From Octopus vulgaris (Eukaryota): a DNA stretch of 64,000 nucleotides. Numbering within the stretch: position 1 is the stretch's first letter; every line of letters starts with the position of its first letter. The notes beneath the pieces were generated by a model. It was not told the origin of the DNA. It did no database searches and saw only the letters and a list, made by a program, of their open reading frames with translations. The stretch is taken from contig OX597821.1 of assembly GCA_951406725.2 (NCBI GenBank), positions 46,872,001 through 46,936,000 on the forward strand. The letters run 5' to 3'. The position numbers and the translations under genes are program-made. Shown here in pieces: positions 55,965-64,000 of this stretch.

Positions 55965-56470
55965 GTGTTGTGAAATATTACAACTCAACATGTTATATAA
56001 CTATATCATAGCATATTACATACCATGTTATCAATATTTTATGTAACTACACCATGACATTATAATAATAGTATTTATAAAACATTATAATATAGTATCG
56101 TAGGTTTTTAATAATATAGCATATTATCATATATATATATATATATATATCAATATTTTATGCAACTATATCACAGCATTAAAATCAACGTTATTTAATT
56201 TATATTATAACGTATAACATACCATATTAACAATGTTATGTAACTATACAATGCTGTATAATAAGGTCATAAATCAAATATGTTATGTAACAAGAACAAA
56301 GCATTTTATAATATAGCATGTTATCAATGTAATGTAACAATATGATAGCATGTTATAACGGAGCTTGTTATGTCATGCAATAAATCATTGTTATAAAATG
56401 ATATGCTATGTAAATATATCGTAGACTGTAATAACGTAGTCAATATGCTATATAAATATATCATAGTACG
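55965..56470 (+). repeat. Degenerate AT-rich tandem repeat (atgttatgtaactatatcatagcat-like units)
   Basis: Recurring tgttat(a/g)taactata and atagcat motifs. Confidence 0.55.
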
Positions 56471-57190
56471 AGAGGGGAAATATATCATAGTACGAAAGGC
56501 GGAAAATGGTTATTTTTATGAATTAAAAGAAAACAAATTTGCTTATTCGGCTTTCACAACTTTACTATTCTTCAGACAATATTCTATGACATTGACTGAA
56601 GCTACCATCGCCATAATGTCTTGTATGGACTAAAATTTATATGATTTTTACATTATTAGTTTTAGATACTTAACAATGTGTTTAGTATTATGAAAATATC
56701 AAAATGAAAAATAATCACATATGTCTGGTGTTGATCTAACAAAATGTGAACTGTTGGAGATGAGTGATGTCATTGAACTGATCTTAGTAAATAGTGCATT
56801 CGATAATATTTAAATAATGCGTTCTGTAGAAACCAATAGCCAACAAATATTTCGATCTTTTTTTCTGTGTTCCAGTTACCTAACCTAAACTGTATTATTT
56901 ACTGGCCGACACAGAATTTTCTGTGTTCCTGTGTGGTACTGATCTATATTGCCCTATAATGTTTTAACTTCTCTTATTTTCTTACCTGATTTTTATAACG
57001 TTCAGGATTATAATAAACGGATTTCATTTGACACAATACAAGGTTAAGTCGGATCAGAGGAAACCCATATTAGGTTAACGTGACACAGTAGAATCTAAGA
57101 GAGCGAGTGAAGCACGGTATCGACCACTAGTAAAGAGACACAATTTACAGAGTAAGGGAACTTACTCCCTTAATGAAAAGCTCTGTTCAA

Positions 57191-57406
57191 AATATCTTTT
57201 TCAACTCTAGGCACAAGGCCCGAAATTTTGGGGGCGGGAGCCAGTCGATTTGACCGACCCCAGTATGCAACTGGTCCTTAATTTATCGACCTCGAACTAA
57301 AAAGCAAAGTCGACCTCGGCGGAATTTGAACTCAGAACGTAGCGACAGACGAAATACTGCTAAGCATTTCGCCCGTCGTGCTAACGTTTCTGCCAGCTCG
57401 CCGCCT
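57191..57406 (-). mobile_element. SINE family B, full-length young copy
   Basis: Reverse complement reads ggcggcgagctggcagaaacgttagcacgacgggcgaaatgc...ccttgtgcctagagttgaaaaaga. Confidence 0.88.
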
Positions 57407-57894
57407 GAACAGATGCCTCTTCTTCCTAACATATTTCACTTCTTCGTTTTTCTATTCGATTAAATCGACTCCGGCAGAGTACAGTGTATAAGCGGTTATT
57501 TGATCTCTTTAAAATAGCAGTCAAATCTTTCTCAAATCTCACCATACCCTCTTTAAAAAAGGAAACATTCATTAAACGATGACGATGATATACAACGTTG
57601 CAATACGGCAATATCACAACAAATATCACAATGTATTGCTATATATTCTTACGTCGTTTGTTTCACATACCACTGGAGATAGTAGGACAAAGTGATAGCC
57701 ATACAAGGATACGTTGACTAATGTAACCTGTCACATCACGGTGAAGCTTTATAACGAAGAAACCAACTTAATAGCGTGTCGGTCTCTCGATGAATTAACA
57801 ATTCGTCTCTTATCACTGGCCTGCTCCATTTCTGTGTGCGTAGATACCACAGGGAAAATCACTGCCTTGAACTGCTACAGATAGCTGTTAGGAA

Positions 57895-58065
57895 TGAAAT
57901 TACAACCGTGTTTCGTGGTCTGCTACCACAAGAGCTCCTTTATAGGATCCAGTTTGCTCAAGACATCATCAGGAGGAACCACGTCCGGTTTCGGCCCCTA
58001 CTCCTCTACCGTTTTGACGTGACGGGGCCCCCAATTTCGGAGGTGTCTTCAGCTCTGGTGTTGGG
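57895..58065 (-). ncRNA. Candidate tandem/interlocked hammerhead-like RNA structure (possible PLE/retrozyme remnant)
   Basis: Two CUGANGA motifs and two stem-GAAAC motifs in a GC-rich island; see finding. Confidence 0.35.
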
Positions 58066-58642
58066 TGCATTCATACTACACTCCTCGTATTTAAGAAAAA
58101 AAGCGATAAATATTGTAATTCTGAATAAACAAAAGGAAGAAAAGTTACGGCTGACACACCTCTAGGTATAGTGTCGTACTATTAGCGCTGAACCTGGGTA
58201 AAACAACAACAATAACAATAACCACAGGCAGATACTCAGACTTGCTTCATACTCTGGCCTACGTGTCTGCTATTACTTCTACCTGTCTTTTCTATCTAAT
58301 AGCTTCTGCTTTTCAGAACTGGTTGTTCTCGGATTTTGCACCGCTCAGGCAAAACCTTAGCAACTTGTCTCTACGCCTCTCGACATCGTTGTTGCGTCCC
58401 AACCCCTCCGACTCTGCAAAGACAGTTATCACCAATTCTTCATCCTCGGGAAATCGGACTTCTGGAATCTCCTTCCAGTTCTTGTTTATTTATTTATTTA
58501 ATTTTTTTTATTGATGTTGGCCTACAACAGTTAAAATGGAACAATAACAGCATCAATCTTACCAGTCTTGGAGGAACTGCAGAGGTCATGGTTTGCGTCC
58601 TTCCTTCCCAACTCACCACCTTAAACGACAACAACAACGAAA

Positions 58643-58701
<59 letters not shown>

Positions 58702-58721
58702 CACTACTACTACTACTACTG

Positions 58722-58789
<68 letters not shown>
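58643..58789. repeat. (TAC)n microsatellite
   Basis: Seen directly. Confidence 0.95.
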
Positions 58790-59855
58790 GAGATTGCATG
58801 TGGTAAGGACACAGACTACTTAGTTGGGTTGCAGACTTGAACATAAACATTTCGCACCTTTATGTAACTATTATATCCTCGATCATTACAATGCTAAAAT
58901 CTTCTGCAAGGCTTTGGACAAAACACTGTAATAAAGAATTTGCAAGCATACGCGCGCGCGCACACACGCACATATTTACACATATACATAGAAATACTAT
59001 TTCAAGCATTTGTACATAGCTAATGATATTTAATAAACAAATTTGTGGCTTTTATATTTTTAAATATTCTGTTTTTTGTTCAGCACAAGAGCTTAAGTAT
59101 TTAGTATTTAATTTTATAAGCTTTGGTTTTTAAACAAAAAAAATTATCATCCTCTTAACGGAAATCATTTTGTTAAAATATTTTATATTGATTTATGTCA
59201 ATTTTTTGATACTTTATTTTGCTGCTGATTTTTTTTTTATTTCTTTAAAAACGAACAAGCAAACGATTATCTATAAATAACATTCAGCTACACTAAGCTG
59301 ACCCCCACCCCGTACACACACACACACGCACTCACATACACGCGCATACGCATACACATATATACATACACAGTGATATGCTAATACATTCATATATGCA
59401 CATGGCTGTACATATATACTACATATAAACATACATGCGTACTCTCTCACACACTCACACACACATATGTAACGTACTAATGTGATAAACAACAAACTGA
59501 TCTTTCTTTGTGATTAGAGATGAGTAACCTTACAGTAACTTCACTGAGTACGCTCTATGGGAGGTTGAAAGAGTCATGCTTTTTTTCCGCAGGATATAAC
59601 AGGAGTAAGTGAAACATCTCCTACCGGGAATCAAATATGCTATACAGCATCTCTTTGTTCGAAACTTTCCATTTCTTCAACCATTATTTGATATATATAA
59701 GAAACGATTTAGTCTCAAATATATATATGTACATCTTTAATGCCTCAAAGTAGACACACAGAAAATAATGAGACGTGTACTTACATATATTTAAGATATA
59801 CACATCTAATGATGAACCACGTACAGCTATAAATAAGCTGACCTGGTAGGGTAAT

Positions 59856-60070
59856 AAGATGGCGGGATTGGAAGTGTTAGCGGGCAAAATGCCATGCGAT
59901 ATTGAGTTATGTCTCTTTACCATCTGAGTTAATATTCTGCCGAAGTCGACATAGCCATTTATCCTTCGGGGTTTTATAAAATATCTAGCAGTCAAGCACT
60001 GAGTTTGATTTGATCGACTGTACTCCTCTCCCACATTATGTGGCCTTGTGCCAATCTTGAAAAATCAATA
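59856..60070 (+). mobile_element. SINE family B, old
   Basis: ctgagttaatattctgccgaagtcgac...tatccttcgggg...ggccttgtgccaa. Confidence 0.65.
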
Positions 60071-61442
60071 TTCCCTTTATCACTGTGGCTGCCATTATAA
60101 AGTAACTACTAGCTTTCTAGAGAACTACACTTTTGTGTCCTGCTATTTCTACCACTACTTGACAAATATTCTATCGATTTCTAATATTGACACAAAACCA
60201 CAGATATATAGGTTAGGGGAGAAATAGACTATCGCGGCAATGTTTGAAGTAAAACAAATGAAGTAATTAAACACTGAAAGTCATTTTATTCGGCGCTCTC
60301 TGATATTCGACTTCTCCCATACTAAATATAACTTTGGTTGGTTGTATAATGAGGAAGATAGTGAAAAAATTGACACCTGGATTAGGAGGAACTTTGGAAT
60401 GAATGCAAGAAATGAAACAAATTGTAAAGTATATAGTGTTTATCATAGTTATACAGTTTTGCTATATAGCTATTAAGTCATTTTAAGTGAAGGTTTCATG
60501 ATATTGGAATAAGGAAAAACATGACATGATAAAAAGGGTTAATCGTTAAACCAGATCTTACTGAAGTTAGTGTCATAGACAGCTCTATGTTTTGACTATA
60601 GGAGCTACTTTGATCGGCTTTACATTCTATTCTACAGTAGTCAAAGGGATAAGTAACACCATGTATTAGAATGGATTAAATTAAATATACACTATATTGC
60701 TTTCGATTCGATAACGTATATTCTACATAAGGTCGGATTCGGTTTTCTATACTCTATCAATGTATTCAGTTATTTACCCCATACTGGGATAGATTGAATT
60801 ATCTATATTCTATTATGGTATTCTGTTACCTATACTGTATACTTGGATGAATTAAATTGCCAATATCCTACACGCTTTACTTAGAAATAACAGTTATGTT
60901 CCCTCATATCGCAACGCATCGTCTTAAATGTAGGAGGACTCACTGGACAATATAGTTTCGGAATGTCTTCGATTATAGCTCTGCTTGTCAAAACTGACCT
61001 GAGGCTAAACAATAATAGACAATAACAGAAACAAGCCCGAGTTTCGTAATAAGAAATGCGTAATTAATATACGAGGATAGATTCAATTAGCTATATACAA
61101 TACTTTCAAAAATTGGTCTTATGCTTCGATAAAAAGGTATAGATATAATTGAGCAAAGACACGCTCCATGTCTCTTAGTCTTTATAATGCCATACATGTC
61201 AGTAAATACGAAATGTCTGTTCTTTAATGGTGTATGGCAATAATAATGATCTTGATAGTTAGAGCTGTCTCTTTAGATTAACACAAACCCTTTTTCTCTC
61301 TCCGTCTATCAACCACTACCATACACATGCACATACACACTCTCCCTCTATCTTCATCTCTCTCTCCTTCTCTCTCCCTCTCTCGCCCCCTCTCTCTCAC
61401 CCTCTCTCTCTCACCCTCTCCGTTTTTCTCTCCCCCCTCTCA

Positions 61443-61478
<36 letters not shown>

Positions 61479-62058
61479 GGCATGCATGTTCTCGTCTAAT
61501 ACTGTTCTCACATTTTCTGTTGTATCCTTCATATGTTAATTCACTTTATTGATCAACAAGATAATTGCTTTGCCAAAAGCGATATGTTTACTTTATCTAA
61601 AGACTTGAGGTTTACATAACCCATCAACATCATATCAAAGCTAAGAGGGAAAAATAAAACAGGTGCAAAATAGAAGATGATGAAGATGATGATGATGATG
61701 ATTATAATGATGATGATGATTATGATAACTACGACGTCAACGACGACGACGACGATAATAAAATAAATGAAAATCCAAAGGAAAATTAGACGCTGACAAA
61801 GAAAGCTATTCATGTCTTGTGTATCAGGAGAAAAGATCTTTATACACAGAGTAGAAGTGAACAATGCTAAAAGATAGTGTCAGGACCAGTTTATCAAGAT
61901 GTAGGACCTTGTAAAGTATAGTATGGAAAACAAGTAAATCTTGTTGTCAAACATTAGAATTTAGTTTCAGTGAATGAGATGAGGAGTTATAGCTATGTAT
62001 ATCACTGCAAATAAGGGACTAAAATTTGACGCCAAGCACTTACTTCAAACATCAATAC

Positions 62059-62113
<55 letters not shown>

Positions 62114-62321
62114 TACAAACACACAGAGACAGAAATACATACGCACACACACACATATGTAATACAAGTAGGTCATACGGCGTTGTATGGCATGCTCAAA
62201 GAATTCTCGGTGATTGGAAATTTGCATCATAATTGTTTAAAAAATACAAAAACAAAAAGGCAATGGCTAGCAACTTTTAAAGACGAAAGGAGATAATTTG
62301 AAGTAATTAAAATTTAAGAAA

Positions 62322-62398
62322 TCTCTCTCCCTCTCTCTCACGTTTTCCTCCACACTCTCTCCCTCTCTCTCTCCCTCTCTCTCTCACGTTTTCCTCCA

Positions 62399-62408
<10 letters not shown>
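62322..62408 (+). repeat. Short tandem duplication within a CT tract
   Basis: ctctctcacgttttcctccacactctct occurs twice. Confidence 0.8.
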
Positions 62409-62444
<36 letters not shown>

Positions 62445-63025
62445 GTTTTTAGAAGTTGCTCAACATTGAGATCGGGTATATAATTTGTTTTCTATAAATA
62501 GAAACTCTTCATTTATTTGTAGTATTTGAACCCGTACGTCATTTTGTACATCATTACCTACTTAAATTATATTTATTCAGATTCACCACATGAACCTACT
62601 TGAGTTATTTCCCTTTAATCTTTTTTGTGTGTGCTTGTGTGCACGTATGTATACATCTACATATGCATACACATAATATGAAAGTGTAAATGCATATGTG
62701 TGTACGTGCATATATTATAAGAATGTGTGCGTATATGGGCATGTACCCATATTTATGTATGTATGTATGTATGTATGTATGTATGTATGTATGTATGTAT
62801 GTATGTATGCAACATATTTCACAAATTAAAATCAAAACGTCCACAACTCAATAAAGAAGTGAATACCTTGTAAATTTAAAATGTGTATAATTTTATTAAA
62901 GTTTTTATGAGTTTTCAGGAATGTAATTCTGTCTATATGCATCATGGCTTACATAAGATTCGATATCTATTGATACAGGTAAATTTCTGTAATGGCATAC
63001 TTGTTGTATACATACATATACATAC

Positions 63026-63085
<60 letters not shown>

Positions 63086-63088
<3 letters not shown>

Positions 63089-63500
63089 AGTGGCTGTGTG
63101 GTAAGTAGCTTGCTAACCAACCACATGGTTCCGGGTTCAGTCCACTGCGTGGCATCTTGGGCAAGTGTCTTCTGCTATAGCCCCGGGCCGACTAATGCTT
63201 TGTGAGTGGATTTGGTAGACGGAAACTGGAAGAAGCCTGTCGTATATATGTATATATATATATATAATTGTGTGTGTATATGTTTGTGTGTCTGTGTTTA
63301 TTCCCCTAGCATTGCTTGACAACCGATGCTGGTGTGTTTACGTCCCCGTCACCTAGCGGTTCAGCAAAAGAGACCGATAGAATAAGTACTGGGCTTACAA
63401 AGAATAAGTCCCGGGGTCGATTTGCTCGACTAAAGGCGGTGCTCCAGCATGGCCGCAGTCAAATGACTGAAACAAGTAAAAGAGTAAAAGAGTAAAAGAG
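63086..63500 (+). mobile_element. SINE family A, near full-length young copy inserted in (TA)n, with (GTAAAAGA)n tail
   Basis: Near-identical to the 53180 copy; (TA)n on both flanks. Confidence 0.92.
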
Positions 63501-63579
<79 letters not shown>

Positions 63580-63588
63580 GTTTATACA

Positions 63589-63623
<35 letters not shown>

Positions 63624-64000
63624 GTATGTACTAGAAGTAGTCAACAAGGGAATAAGTGACAGAAGAAAATCCCATAACAAAGCCAGGAATATAGTCGAAG
63701 GTAGTCTTTGCTAAGGGTAGATACAGAGACCCGTAGGCAAGACCCAACAACGACATTTTCTCTATTCCATATGTCCCTTAATTTCTCAGTCTCTTTTCCT
63801 TCTTATTTTACTTCTTGCTTGCATCGTATGAACGGCAACGTATATTAAGAACTGAATAAGCTTATATGTGTGATCACGTGGGTATATTTCTGATAGTTTC
63901 CTGACTGCTTAGCCTTACTCTATTTGTTTCATTCAGGAATTGAACCTCGGCTTCCTGTTCTTGCAAACTCGGTTTCCTGTGCTTGCTGTAAAGTTAATCT

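Noticed and set aside
57836-58514. 109-aa and 90-aa ORFs in GC-richer sequence
   Set aside because: No recognisable domain or splice structure; the first overlaps the hammerhead-like island and the second may be a LINE 3' remnant.

Overview
Eukaryotic, AT-rich, extremely microsatellite-dense non-coding DNA (intergenic or intronic). The SINE families resemble those of octopus/coleoid cephalopods; this is inferred from recalled families, not a database search. No intact host protein-coding gene is supported, and nearly all supplied ORFs are translations of simple repeats. Recognisable content: (i) decayed non-LTR retrotransposons: two R4/Dong/NeSL-type RLE elements, one RTE-BovB-like element and CR1/L2-like remnants; (ii) a Penelope-like GIY-YIG fragment with a tRNA-like head and a broken hammerhead, sitting where the RT core of an RLE element is deleted; (iii) many copies of four tRNA-headed SINE families (A-D) and a SINE-like repeat (E), some with clear TSDs; (iv) two non-autonomous Helitrons, one full of long palindromes; (v) mariner-like and MITE-like ends. 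The best leads are RNA-structure signals: a ~190-bp repeat (3 copies) with a variant minimal hammerhead core (CUGUNGA), an interlocked double-hammerhead-like module at ~57.9-58.1 kb, an HDV-like half-motif, and (TA)n-centred fold-back palindromes. Most repeat coordinates are approximate.
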